From a virus (lineage: Duplodnaviria > Caudoviricetes): DNA of 64,000 nt. The stretch's first letter is position 1; every line of letters starts with the position of its first letter. Below the pieces are notes generated by a model. That model saw only the letters and a list, made by a program, of their open reading frames with translations. It ran no database searches and was not told the DNA's origin. The translations under genes were made by a program, and so were the position numbers. Below, piece after piece: positions 54,788 through 63,846 of the stretch. The DNA lies in IMG/VR virus record IMGVR_UViG_3300048861_000178, positions 32,001 to 96,000 of that record; one strand, written 5' to 3'.

Positions 54788-55978
54788 ATGACTTACAGCG
54801 AAATGGTGGGACAACTCAAAAGCACCATCGAAGAAGATGGCCATAGCGCCTCGGCGATGGTGACACTAGAGCTTATCGGGCTTCTGCAAAGCAGCATGAA
54901 GAAACCCGAACCGCAGTTGGAGAGTTTGGCCAAGTCGCTGAATAGCCATATCGTCGCCATGGCACAGCACAAGTGGAGTGTGGCGAAGTACTTCTCGGGG
55001 CGCGGCCCGATTGCCAACAAGCTGCGCGATTATGCCGCCATCAGTCGTCACTTCTCGATGGGCATTTTCAAGCTCGAAGACAAGCTGAAGAAGTTTGACT
55101 TCCAGCCACTGACCGACGATGCGGATCGCGCCAAGGCGTTTCGGGCCTGGCTCGAAGAAGTGGCGATGAACGCGTTCGGCACTTACCACGACATTCAGCT
55201 GCCGCTGCCGTACAACCCCGGTATCGAAGTGGGCCTGCCCTCAGGCATCCACCGTACGAACCCTGAGTCGTACGTAGCCGGAGCGGAGAGCCCGCAGTGG
55301 CTGGTACTGGCTGCTGACCTCGAGAACGGCCTGAAGGCCCGCTACATCGTGCGACGCGACCATCGCGCTGTCTTGTTGTACTGGCACCCGCATGAAGAAG
55401 TTTGGCTGGCCGATGCGGGTGAGGTGATCTTCCCTGGTGTGCTCGAAGCGTTTGCTGCCGAGTGGGAGAAGCTTGCCAACAAGAGCGGCTACACCGCCGA
55501 GAAGCCCGTGGATGTCGAGGCGAACCTCGCTGAGCTGCACACGAAGATGAATCAGCTCTTCGATGCAGAAGAGAAGCTCCCCGATGTCACGCAGCACTAT
55601 GTCCGCAACGACGACGGCATGTCTTCTTTTATCCGGCTCCAGATTGAAGACTACCTGCTCACCTTCATGAACACGAAGGGCCAGTGGGCAAGCCGCAATA
55701 TCTTGCTCTCAGTCGGCGGGGCAGGACCGTACGACATGCGTGTCCAGTGGAGTGATCTGCGTGAATTCACCCGCCAGGAAATCTTCAAGCAAGCGCATCT
55801 GGTGCTCGACGGGCTGATTCAGCAGTACATCAACCTGCCGGAAGAACCCCCGGCTTTGCCTGATGCACCTGAGCAGGCTGACACCGTGGCTGAAGTGCAG
55901 GCGCAGCTCGCCTCAGAAACCCCGGACTACACCCCGGTGTATGTGAAGCTGCGGCGCCAAGCGAAGAAGGAGAAGTAA
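54788..55978 (+). CDS. hypothetical protein
   Basis: 396 aa, TAATG coupling to the next gene. Confidence 0.7.
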   Translation: MTYSEMVGQLKSTIEEDGHSASAMVTLELIGLLQSSMKKPEPQLESLAKSLNSHIVAMAQHKWSVAKYFSGRGPIANKLRDYAAISRHFSMGIFKLEDKLKKFDFQPLTDDADRAKAFRAWLEEVAMNAFGTYHDIQLPLPYNPGIEVGLPSGIHRTNPESYVAGAESPQWLVLAADLENGLKARYIVRRDHRAVLLYWHPHEEVWLADAGEVIFPGVLEAFAAEWEKLANKSGYTAEKPVDVEANLAELHTKMNQLFDAEEKLPDVTQHYVRNDDGMSSFIRLQIEDYLLTFMNTKGQWASRNILLSVGGAGPYDMRVQWSDLREFTRQEIFKQAHLVLDGLIQQYINLPEEPPALPDAPEQADTVAEVQAQLASETPDYTPVYVKLRRQAKKEK

Positions 55979-56328
55979 TGCTCCCCTTCTTCCATCACTC
56001 CGCAGCTACTCTCCTGTACTTGTTGATCTTCGGCCACTTTGTGGCTGACTATCCGCTGCAGGGACCGTACCTCAGTGAAGCGAAGAATCCCGATAGTGCG
56101 TTGGGTCAGAACGGCGTGTGGAAACATGCGCTGTTCGCCCATGCGTACATTCAGTCCGGATTCGTGTTCCTCTTTACCGGCTCGATGCTGTGCGCAGTGA
56201 TTGAGTTGGTGGCACACACGTGGATCGATTACGGCAAGTGCAAGAAGTATATCACCTACAACACCGACCAGGCGCTACACATCGCCTGCAAGGTCCTTTA
56301 CCTCTTTGTGGTGTTTGGTCAGTTATGA
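55978..56328 (+). CDS. DUF3307-like membrane protein
   Basis: GHFVADYPLQ, AHAYI, AHTWIDYGK, DQALH. Confidence 0.85.
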   Translation: MLPFFHHSAATLLYLLIFGHFVADYPLQGPYLSEAKNPDSALGQNGVWKHALFAHAYIQSGFVFLFTGSMLCAVIELVAHTWIDYGKCKKYITYNTDQALHIACKVLYLFVVFGQL

Positions 56329-57044
56329 ACTCCCAACTCAAGGTCTACGATGTCGATCCGGTGTTCGGACGGCATGCGAAAGACAGCAAGATTACTGCCC
56401 CCATGCGGGTCGGTTACACGACCTTTCGTCCCGGTATTGCCGTGACGACGGTGCTCGATGCGGCGGCGCGCCGTTACGAGATGTCGATGGATGCGGATGA
56501 CGCCATTGCGGTGGCAGATAAGATCAGCTTTGAGCGACTGCAAGAGCTCGATGAACTGATCCCGCAAACGGGTCGTGAATTCGTGCCCTACACCTCGTAT
56601 CTGAGCCTGCAGCGTGAGCTCGCTGATTATCAGTTGCAGGTGTTACAGATGCAGCGTGTCCCGGTGCCTTCGTTTCAGCACCGTGTGTGGGAGTGGTTCA
56701 AGTCCTGTTTCGGTCCGGCGGGTATCAAGGACAAACTGCAGCGCTACTTCCGCTTTTACGAGGAGGCCACGGAGCTGGTGCAGGCCGGTGGCATGAGTCG
56801 TCAAGAAGCGCACCGTATGGTCGATAGCGTTTACGACAAAGCACCGGGTAAGGTCTATCAAGAAGTGGGCGGCGTGGCCACCACCTTTGCGATGGTCTGT
56901 AACGCTGAAGGACTCGACCTGGACAATACGGCTGACACTGAGCTCGCGCGTGTGTGGGATAAGCAGGACGAAATCCGCGAAAAGCAAAAGCACAAGCTGC
57001 ATCCGAAGTCGGGACCGACGCCGCGCCTCTACGCGGACGACTAG
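56325..57044 (+). CDS. protein with C-terminal MazG-like (all-alpha NTP pyrophosphatase) domain
   Basis: RFYEEATELVQA..YQEVGGV..ELARVW; start at ATG 56325 (ATGA overlap). Confidence 0.55.
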   Translation: MNSQLKVYDVDPVFGRHAKDSKITAPMRVGYTTFRPGIAVTTVLDAAARRYEMSMDADDAIAVADKISFERLQELDELIPQTGREFVPYTSYLSLQRELADYQLQVLQMQRVPVPSFQHRVWEWFKSCFGPAGIKDKLQRYFRFYEEATELVQAGGMSRQEAHRMVDSVYDKAPGKVYQEVGGVATTFAMVCNAEGLDLDNTADTELARVWDKQDEIREKQKHKLHPKSGPTPRLYADD

Positions 57045-57106
57045 GCAAAGTTCACTCGCGCAACTCATCTCTTGCAGAGTGAAATCAACAATTAAAAACA
57101 AGGACT

Positions 57107-57517
57107 ATGGCCATGGAGTTGGTGTACTTGCGGTTTGGCACGCTGCCCATCGGGGGTAAGAGCTATAACCGGGAAAAGAAGAAACACGAGGCGGGCGTGG
57201 GGGTCTGGGAAGCGATTCAGGAAGGCGGCACGGAAACGAGTCGGCCGCTGTATCGCATCTTGTTGCCGCGTTTGAAGCGCGAGGAATGGCAAGCGGCGAT
57301 GGTGGAGCTGCACGCGTCGCATGGCAAGCCCTGCTTCTTGGTGACAGGCAAGGTCCTGCCGAAACTGGGGAGCTTTGGCGAGACGCTGCTCACTGACGTG
57401 AAGATCGTCGACGAAGTCAATCCGTGCGCTGGTCGTAACTGGCGCGAACTGCTCGATCGTCCGCTGGATGCGGAAGCTGAGTCGGGCGAATACGAGCATG
57501 AAGGAGCAGGCGAGTAA
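57107..57517 (+). CDS. hypothetical protein
   Basis: AAGGA RBS; YLRFG.LP..GKSYN..E.GV.V. Confidence 0.65.
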   Translation: MAMELVYLRFGTLPIGGKSYNREKKKHEAGVGVWEAIQEGGTETSRPLYRILLPRLKREEWQAAMVELHASHGKPCFLVTGKVLPKLGSFGETLLTDVKIVDEVNPCAGRNWRELLDRPLDAEAESGEYEHEGAGE

Positions 57518-57518
57518 C

Positions 57519-58004
57519 ATGGAATTTCACCTCATTCCCAGGTACCGTTCGACCAACGTTATCGAAGCACTGAAGATCAAGGAAGTGCATCACTCTATCA
57601 AAGCCGGAGCGAAGGTCGTGACCATCGTGCCGGAAGACGAACGCTTCAAACCGTTCGACGCCTTGAAGGATTCGTTCGTGTGTGGCAGTTTCGAGCCGGG
57701 TGAATATTGGACGCGCGGCGAGGATGGTCAAATCTCGGCCCTTCCGGCCAGTCTCGTCGAAAAGCACTACCAACCGGCGACTGAGCTCACACCGGAACTG
57801 CTCAAGCGCATGCGTAGCGTCGTCGCGAAGGATCTCGTCTCCGACGAAGAAATCAGCCGTCTGAACCAGATGGTGCTCACCGAACTCCACGAGGAAAACC
57901 GTGGCGTGATCGGTGGTCCGGACGTGATTCACATGCAGCATCCGGCGCGCCTCGCTGAAGCCGTCACCGAGATGGTGCTCAACAAGCTGGCGGCGATGGC
58001 ATGA
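57519..58004 (+). CDS. hypothetical protein
   Basis: ATG 1 nt after the previous stop; PRY....IEALKIK..PGEYW..EDG..ALP..EKHY. Confidence 0.6.
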   Translation: MEFHLIPRYRSTNVIEALKIKEVHHSIKAGAKVVTIVPEDERFKPFDALKDSFVCGSFEPGEYWTRGEDGQISALPASLVEKHYQPATELTPELLKRMRSVVAKDLVSDEEISRLNQMVLTELHEENRGVIGGPDVIHMQHPARLAEAVTEMVLNKLAAMA

Positions 58005-58444
58005 TCGTCTACGAGCGCGCGAACCGCTTGGTCGATACGTTAAACGCGTCCAAGCTACTCGATGGCATGGACGCGCTCTATCCGGACTTCGGCTACTGGT
58101 TCACCAACAAAGTCATGCCGGGCCTACTCGTGGGCAAAGACATTCTGCTGCTGGCCAAGGACAAACACCAAGTGATCGGTGTCGCCTTAGGCAAGCGCAA
58201 TGCCCACGAGACGAAGCTGCGCTGTGTGCGGGTGTTGCCGGAATACCAGAAGCGGGGCACCGGGATTCATCTCGTTGAAAAGATGCTCGTTCAATTGAAC
58301 GACGACAAGCCGAGCTGTACCGTGGCTGAAGAGATGTTTCACCAGTTCTCCCGACCGTTTATCAATCTGTTCGATTTCGATCTGACCAAAGTCGAAAAAG
58401 GCATGTACCGTCCGGGGAAGCTCGAGTACGTGTTTAATCAATAG
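58001..58444 (+). CDS. GNAT-family acetyltransferase
   Basis: VRVLPEYQKRGTGIHL acetyl-CoA-binding motif A. Confidence 0.8.
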   Translation: MIVYERANRLVDTLNASKLLDGMDALYPDFGYWFTNKVMPGLLVGKDILLLAKDKHQVIGVALGKRNAHETKLRCVRVLPEYQKRGTGIHLVEKMLVQLNDDKPSCTVAEEMFHQFSRPFINLFDFDLTKVEKGMYRPGKLEYVFNQ

Positions 58445-58453
58445 GGATGCGTC

Positions 58454-58741
58454 GTGGACACACCGGTCAAGTTGCTGACCATCGGGGACGTGTGTCGCTT
58501 GACCAAAAAGAGCCGGGAGAAGATCGAGCTCTATTTGAGGCGACCAGAGAAGGCACCGGTGCCCTTTCCCCTACCCGTGGTGGTAGAAGGTAAGGAGCGC
58601 TGGTGGGACCGCAAAGCGATTAGGCGTTGGGCAACGTGTTATGCGCAGTATCGGAGCATTGTGAACTTACGCGTGCGGGGCAATACGCGCGTACTGCATA
58701 CACTTCCGAGCGCACGGATCAAAGAGACTGATCCAAAATAA
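58454..58741 (+). CDS. AlpA/excisionase-like HTH protein
   Basis: LLTIGDVCRLTKKSR..FPLPV..RWW...I..W. Confidence 0.7.
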   Translation: MDTPVKLLTIGDVCRLTKKSREKIELYLRRPEKAPVPFPLPVVVEGKERWWDRKAIRRWATCYAQYRSIVNLRVRGNTRVLHTLPSARIKETDPK

Positions 58742-58761
58742 TTTCAGACCTATATAACAAA
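58741..58761 (+). promoter_or_regulatory. putative early phage promoter
   Basis: ATTTCAGACCTATATAACAAA, 20/21 identical to 26431-26451. Confidence 0.7.
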
Positions 58762-58818
58762 GGTGAGTTGGAAACAATACCAGCTTAATCCACTTCACCA
58801 ACGGAAAATACAATTATC

Positions 58819-60858
58819 ATGAAATCGAATTCGATCAAGAAGAATGCCCTCCTCATCGCTTTGCTCGCTTCTGTCTCGGTTGGCGCTTATGCCAACTGCG
58901 GAAACGGCTCCAACGGTAACGGTAACGGCTGCGGCGAAGGTCAAGTCGGCCCGCAAGGTCCGCAAGGCCCCGCAGGTGCCAACGGCAAGGACGGCGCGTC
59001 GGTTACTGGCGTGAACATCAGCGGTTCGACGGTGACGACCACGCTGTCGAACGGCACATCGGTACAAGGTTCCGTTTCGGGTCTGGCCACCTCGGCTCAG
59101 CTGAACAGTACCAACCAGATCGTGTCGCAACTGCAGCAGACCACCCAGCAACAAGGCTCGGCGATCAACAACCTGCAGGTGAACAGCGCCACGCATCAGG
59201 AAGTGACCGACACCGCCGCAGGCACGCTGGCTGCAGCGAACGTGCATACCGACGCTTCGGTGGCGGCGGAAGCAAGCCGTGCCAAAGGCGCGGAAGCCAA
59301 CCTGCAGTCGCAAGTAAATGGTGTGTCGAGCACGGCTAACCAAGCCTTGTCGAACTCGCAAGCCGCGCAAGCAACGGCCGGTCAAGCGAAGTCGATCGCG
59401 CAAGGTGCAGACGCCAAGGCCAATACGGCAATCGGCATTGCCACCGGCGCCGCTATCACGGCAACGGGTGCAGCCATCGTCGCGGGTCACGCTGAAGGTG
59501 TCGCTGAAGGTGCAGCAGCTCTTGCACAATCGGCTACGGCTACGGCAAACACCGCCAATGCGAAGGCCGACGCCAACGCAACGGCGATCAGCAAGGAAAC
59601 CACCCGTGCGACCACCGCAGAAGCAGGTCTGCAAACCGGTGTGAACAAGGCGCAAGCGACGGCAGACGCAGCGGGTAAAGCCGCTTCGCATGCACAAGGT
59701 ACGGCAGATGCCGCCCTGGTCGTCGGTAGTGCAGCACTCGGTCTGGCAGGTAAGGCCGAAGGCGACGCACAGCACGCTCAGTCGACCGCGAACACGGCGC
59801 TGAATCAGTCCAAGCAAAACAGCTCGGCGATCTCGGACCTGCAAGCGAACAGCGCAACCCACGCTGAAGTTGCGACCGCCACGCAAACGGCGATCGACAC
59901 GTCGATGGACTACACCAACAACGTCGCGCACGATTTGCAAGCCCAGCAACAAGCCGGTGATGCGGCTACCCTGAGCGCCGCTAACGCGAACGCAGCAGCA
60001 GGGGATGCGAAGACGCTGAAGTCGGCGAACTCGCACGCAGATGCGGCCGCAGCCGCAGCTTACGTCGGTGCAGTGGCTACGTCGGGTGCTTACACCGACT
60101 ACGTCGCAGGCAAGACGCTTAACTCGGCCAAGGGCTACACCGACAAGCAAGTCGGCGCAGAATCGAGCCGTGCCCAAGCTGCCGAAAGCACGTTGCAGTC
60201 CAACATCAATACGGAGTCGAATCGCGCCCAGACTGCGGAAGCAGGCCTGAACACGAAGATCGACAACGAAACGACGCGGGCAACGACGGCCGAAGCAGGC
60301 CTGCAAAAGCAGATCACGGGCAACACCTCGTCGATCAACAACCTGAGCAACTGGGCCAAGACCGTGAACAACGGTGCAGTCGGCGCAAATGCCCAGGTCT
60401 CGTCGAACAACTCGGTGGCGCTCGGTGCGAACTCGGTGGCTGATCGCGACAACACGGTATCGGTGGGTTCCGCCGGTAACGAACGTCAGATCACCAACGT
60501 GGCGGCTGGTACGGCGCCGACTGACGCAGCGAACGTGGGTCAAGTGAACTACGCGCAGCAACAGTCGTACGCTTACACCGATCGCGCGGTTGCGAACCTG
60601 CAGAACCAGTTCGACAGCTACAAGAAGGACACCTACGGTGGCCTCGCTTCGGTGCTGGCGATTGCTGGTCTGCCGCAACCGACGCAAGCAGGCAAGTCGA
60701 TGATCTCCGCCGCGGTGTCGAACTACCATGGCCAACAAGGCGTGGCAATCGGCGTCTCGACGGTGACGGGCAACAACCGCTGGGTCATCAAGGCAGGCGT
60801 GTCCACCAGCAGCCGCGGCGACGTGGCAGCAGTGGGTTCGGCTGGCTTCCAGTTCTAA
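58819..60858 (+). CDS. YadA-like trimeric autotransporter adhesin
   Basis: Signal peptide ending AYA; collagen-like [15 protein letters not shown]; Ala-rich stalk; [29 protein letters not shown] head/neck; beta-anchor ending GFQF. Confidence 0.92.
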   Translation: MKSNSIKKNALLIALLASVSVGAYANCGNGSNGNGNGCGEGQVGPQGPQGPAGANGKDGASVTGVNISGSTVTTTLSNGTSVQGSVSGLATSAQLNSTNQIVSQLQQTTQQQGSAINNLQVNSATHQEVTDTAAGTLAAANVHTDASVAAEASRAKGAEANLQSQVNGVSSTANQALSNSQAAQATAGQAKSIAQGADAKANTAIGIATGAAITATGAAIVAGHAEGVAEGAAALAQSATATANTANAKADANATAISKETTRATTAEAGLQTGVNKAQATADAAGKAASHAQGTADAALVVGSAALGLAGKAEGDAQHAQSTANTALNQSKQNSSAISDLQANSATHAEVATATQTAIDTSMDYTNNVAHDLQAQQQAGDAATLSAANANAAAGDAKTLKSANSHADAAAAAAYVGAVATSGAYTDYVAGKTLNSAKGYTDKQVGAESSRAQAAESTLQSNINTESNRAQTAEAGLNTKIDNETTRATTAEAGLQKQITGNTSSINNLSNWAKTVNNGAVGANAQVSSNNSVALGANSVADRDNTVSVGSAGNERQITNVAAGTAPTDAANVGQVNYAQQQSYAYTDRAVANLQNQFDSYKKDTYGGLASVLAIAGLPQPTQAGKSMISAAVSNYHGQQGVAIGVSTVTGNNRWVIKAGVSTSSRGDVAAVGSAGFQF

Positions 60859-60868
60859 GCTGCTTCAT

Positions 60869-60929
60869 GCCCACTACTTCCGGCTTCGGCTGGGGTAGTG
60901 GGTTGAGGGATTTCGATCCCTCTTTTTTT
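60869..60929 (+). terminator. tandem UUCG hairpins / terminator
   Basis: GCCCACTAC..TTCG..GTAGTGGGT, then GAGGGAT-TTCG-ATCCCTC-T7. Confidence 0.85.
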
Positions 60930-60963
60930 GGTTAGAACGAGACAATTAAGTTAGGAGACCGCT

Positions 60964-61305
60964 GTGAATTCATTGGTTCAATTTCTCACCACCGTGTTTA
61001 CGGAAGGCGTGTTTCACGAGGAGCACACGGCTGAGGAACTGTTGGAAAAGTTGAAAGCGCGACCGGACTGTTCGGAAGACACCATCACGTTTCTCAACCA
61101 TGCGGCCAAGACGGGCTTGCTGAATCTGAACGTCTGTGAGCTGCTCTCGGGCAAGCGCAGTGAAGTCAAACGCGCCGCGTTCGGGCTAGACTATCTGCAA
61201 GCGAAGTGCTTGGCGTGGCCGGTCGAAAACCGGGTGGCCCAAGTGATCAAAGAAGCCAAGTGGTGGGATCACCAGCGCACGCAAGCTGGGTACGCCGTCG
61301 CTTAA
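60964..61305 (+). CDS. hypothetical protein
   Basis: TAGGAG RBS with GTG start. Confidence 0.65.
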   Translation: MNSLVQFLTTVFTEGVFHEEHTAEELLEKLKARPDCSEDTITFLNHAAKTGLLNLNVCELLSGKRSEVKRAAFGLDYLQAKCLAWPVENRVAQVIKEAKWWDHQRTQAGYAVA

Positions 61306-61315
61306 AGGAATCCTG

Positions 61316-61435
61316 ATGTACAAGCGTTACTGTCATTACCTGCCGTGCATGTTTAAGGGTTGTATTAACCCGACCATGCTCAACAGCGACTATTGCTATC
61401 TACACTTCGATGTGCAAGGACGTGAAGCCAAGTGA
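61316..61435 (+). CDS. 39-aa Cys/His-rich peptide (not in ORF track)
   Basis: AAGGA RBS; MYKRYCHYLPCMFKGCINPTMLNSDYCYLHFDVQGREAK; GTGA overlap with the next gene. Confidence 0.55.
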   Translation: MYKRYCHYLPCMFKGCINPTMLNSDYCYLHFDVQGREAK

Positions 61436-61797
61436 AGAAGATCGTTAAACTCCCCGTGCATCGACCGATGGTGAAGGACTACGAAGTTGAATTTCCGATC
61501 TATCGCGAACACGACGTGTCGGGCGACCTGGACTCGACGATCATCTACTACCGTGTCGACTTCGTCGGCGGCAAGATGCGTGAGACGAGGGTCAAGGTGA
61601 GCAAGCAGCAATCGTTTCGTCGCGAACTCGTTTATGAGATTCATCTCGATCCGAACTATTACTTTGATCAACGTAGCGAGGCTGATTATACGTTGGGGCA
61701 CGGCGCTTATGCTTCCAGTGCGCAGGCGTTTAACAAAGCCATGGCCGAAGCAATTGCGTTCGCGCAAGGACTGCAAGCACCTTCACTTCAAGCGTAA
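61432..61797 (+). CDS. hypothetical protein
   Basis: Operonic ORF. Confidence 0.6.
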   Translation: MKKIVKLPVHRPMVKDYEVEFPIYREHDVSGDLDSTIIYYRVDFVGGKMRETRVKVSKQQSFRRELVYEIHLDPNYYFDQRSEADYTLGHGAYASSAQAFNKAMAEAIAFAQGLQAPSLQA

Positions 61798-61806
61798 GGA
61801 GTCAAT

Positions 61807-62307
61807 ATGCGGCGATGGGGGAACGTAGTTGCGTTTTACACTCGTCGTGACTTCATGTCTAACCACTACCTCTGTCACTTTAAAGTGAAGGACGTTTCGT
61901 TCTCGTCGCTCGAGCAGTTCATGATGTACTGCAAGGCGATGCTCTTTAAGGATCGAGATGTAGCGGAGCTCATTCTAAAGACGGATAACCCGCAAGCGCA
62001 GAAAGTCTTAGGTCGCAAAGTGCGCGGTTACGTCGATGCAGAGTGGGTGGCCAAGCGAGAGCAGTTCATTCTCATTGGCATGATTGAGAAGTACAGTCAG
62101 AACCCGCAGGAGCGCCAATGGCTGCTGGATACGGGTGATGACATCCTGGTTGAAGCCAGCGAACGCGATACCCTCTACGGAGTGGGTCTGAATGAAGACG
62201 ACCCCCGGATCGGGAATCCCTATGAGTGGAAAGGTGCCAACTTGTGTGGTGTCCTAACCATGAAGGCTCGGGAGCATTTACGGACCCGAGCAGTTCGTGT
62301 GGGGTAA
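61807..62307 (+). CDS. NADAR (YbiA-like) family protein
   Basis: FSS.EQFMMY.KAMLF.D, K.LGRKV, KYSQN, LLDTGD..LVEAS..D..YGVG, G.NLCG..M..R. Confidence 0.93.
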   Translation: MRRWGNVVAFYTRRDFMSNHYLCHFKVKDVSFSSLEQFMMYCKAMLFKDRDVAELILKTDNPQAQKVLGRKVRGYVDAEWVAKREQFILIGMIEKYSQNPQERQWLLDTGDDILVEASERDTLYGVGLNEDDPRIGNPYEWKGANLCGVLTMKAREHLRTRAVRVG

Positions 62308-62323
62308 GGCCAGGAGGGAGGTG

Positions 62324-62731
62324 ATGGCAGAGAAGTGTAGTAACTGCAAGACGGCGCGGGCCTTTGACGCGTCGACTTGCGTAAAGTGCGGTCGTGCTTT
62401 TCCTGCGACTGCGGTATCAGCGGAAAACGCCTACTGGGCGCTCTTGCCTGTCATGCGTGACATGGCGCGACGACTGGGCTGGTGTTTGGCGCTCTATGGA
62501 CCACTGCGTCGGGATCTTGACATGGTGGCGGTACCGTGGAAGGAAGACGCTGTGCCTCACGAACAGCTTCTCGAAGAAATCATTAAGACTTTTGGCGATC
62601 GCTATTCCGACCCGCAACCCGATTCGATCATCGGCCGACAGGGCGTCACCGTGATCTGTCGCAAGCGCATTGTGCGCGAATGTGGCAGCTACATCGACGT
62701 CTCGGTAGTAGACCCTCGCATCCAAGAGTGA
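62324..62731 (+). CDS. zinc ribbon + minimal nucleotidyltransferase-like protein
   Basis: CSNC..CVKC; LYGPLRRDLDMVAVPW (G..DxD); GGAGG RBS. Confidence 0.55.
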   Translation: MAEKCSNCKTARAFDASTCVKCGRAFPATAVSAENAYWALLPVMRDMARRLGWCLALYGPLRRDLDMVAVPWKEDAVPHEQLLEEIIKTFGDRYSDPQPDSIIGRQGVTVICRKRIVRECGSYIDVSVVDPRIQE

Positions 62732-62741
62732 AAAGGAACCT

Positions 62742-63077
62742 ATGCGACTCGTTAATCGTCGTTTGATGTTGCAGATGCCGATCTCCACTGTGTATTCGAT
62801 GTGGATTCCGAATAGTTACGTCGAGCTGTTTGTGTTCACGGGCCTCCGTGGCACAGAAGACTGGGAAGCCATTAAGTTGGTCGACGGTGTGAAAACCGCG
62901 TTCTTCCTCGATCCCGTCTTTGTCAAGTCCGTGCCGCGCTTCACACCCGCACCGGGTGATACGCGCAGCCAACTGTATCTGATCTGGGACGAGGCAGACA
63001 TTCAACGCATGTTGGGCCGCATGCAAGCGGCGCTGGCATCCGTGCCGAATCAGGCACACGTATTCTTAGGGGACTAA
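62742..63077 (+). CDS. hypothetical protein, paralog of 63321
   Basis: MRLVN...LQMP..TVY; YLIWDEADI..M..RM. Confidence 0.65.
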   Translation: MRLVNRRLMLQMPISTVYSMWIPNSYVELFVFTGLRGTEDWEAIKLVDGVKTAFFLDPVFVKSVPRFTPAPGDTRSQLYLIWDEADIQRMLGRMQAALASVPNQAHVFLGD

Positions 63078-63078
63078 A

Positions 63079-63318
63079 ATGAGCTGGTGGGTGAAGATCA
63101 CAGCGAGTGCCTTTGGCTGCTACGCGCTGGGCAGTTGTTTGCTGGCCATGATGATGGTGTTGCACTACGTGGGACATCGTCGCAAACTCGGGCGAGCAGA
63201 ATGGCTGACCGTATTCACGTGTTTGCCAGTGGTCAATGCCGTGCTCATCGCCTACCTGGTCCTCGAAGGTGTCACCAAGATTACGGGCAAGCCGATTAAT
63301 ATCGGCGCCAAGAGGTAG
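63079..63318 (+). CDS. two-pass membrane protein
   Basis: Two hydrophobic segments. Confidence 0.6.
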   Translation: MSWWVKITASAFGCYALGSCLLAMMMVLHYVGHRRKLGRAEWLTVFTCLPVVNAVLIAYLVLEGVTKITGKPINIGAKR

Positions 63319-63320
63319 CG

Positions 63321-63680
63321 ATGAGAATCGTAGGCTTGGAAGAATTCCTCGCTCTGCCGAACGAGACCCTCTTCTGTAAGTATTACAACGAGGCGAGCTG
63401 GGGCGATCTACGCATCAAGACGGGACTGGCTGCTCAAGGCGACTACATGTTCCAGAACGTGTTGGAGGTGAAAGCCGATGACGCCGACCATCGCAGGATG
63501 CTGCAGCGTACCGCGGTAGCCAGTTGCAGTCGCTTCAGTCTGGACTTACGCTGCCCAGCCCGCGATACCTTGGGCCACGCCAATGCGAAGTTCGTGGTAT
63601 TTGAGAAAAGTGATGTTAAAGCCATCATGGAGCGGCTTAGGCCCGTGATGAAAGCATTCGAGGAAAAGAATGGCAGTTGA
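63321..63680 (+). CDS. hypothetical protein, paralog of 62742
   Basis: MRIVG...LALP..TLF; FVVFEKSDV..I..RL. Confidence 0.65.
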   Translation: MRIVGLEEFLALPNETLFCKYYNEASWGDLRIKTGLAAQGDYMFQNVLEVKADDADHRRMLQRTAVASCSRFSLDLRCPARDTLGHANAKFVVFEKSDVKAIMERLRPVMKAFEEKNGS

Positions 63681-63846
63681 TTCGGGTTGCATCGGCGTGT
63701 GTTCCACGCTTTTCGATGCAGTGTGTAAGGGCTGTGGTCGCACTCAAGCAGATGTTGATGGCTGGGTGTTTCTCACGGAAGATGAACAACGTGAAGCAGT
63801 CCGAAACGCAAAGGAACGACTGCAGCAGGCGGAGGCGGAGAAATGA
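63670..63846 (+). CDS. DUF1289-like Cys-rich small protein (not in ORF track)
   Basis: GAGG RBS; SGCIGVCS....CKGCGRT..DV..W..L...E. Confidence 0.75.
   Translation: MAVDSGCIGVCSTLFDAVCKGCGRTQADVDGWVFLTEDEQREAVRNAKERLQQAEAEK

Noticed and set aside
55922-55978. Second FtsZ-tail-like end (PDYTPVYVKLRRQAK)
   Set aside because: Spacing matches PDY-x6-LRxQA, but the essential IPAF core is missing; likely chance.
58795-60738. 647-aa minus-strand Cys/Arg-rich ORF
   Set aside because: Mirror of the Ala-rich autotransporter codons.
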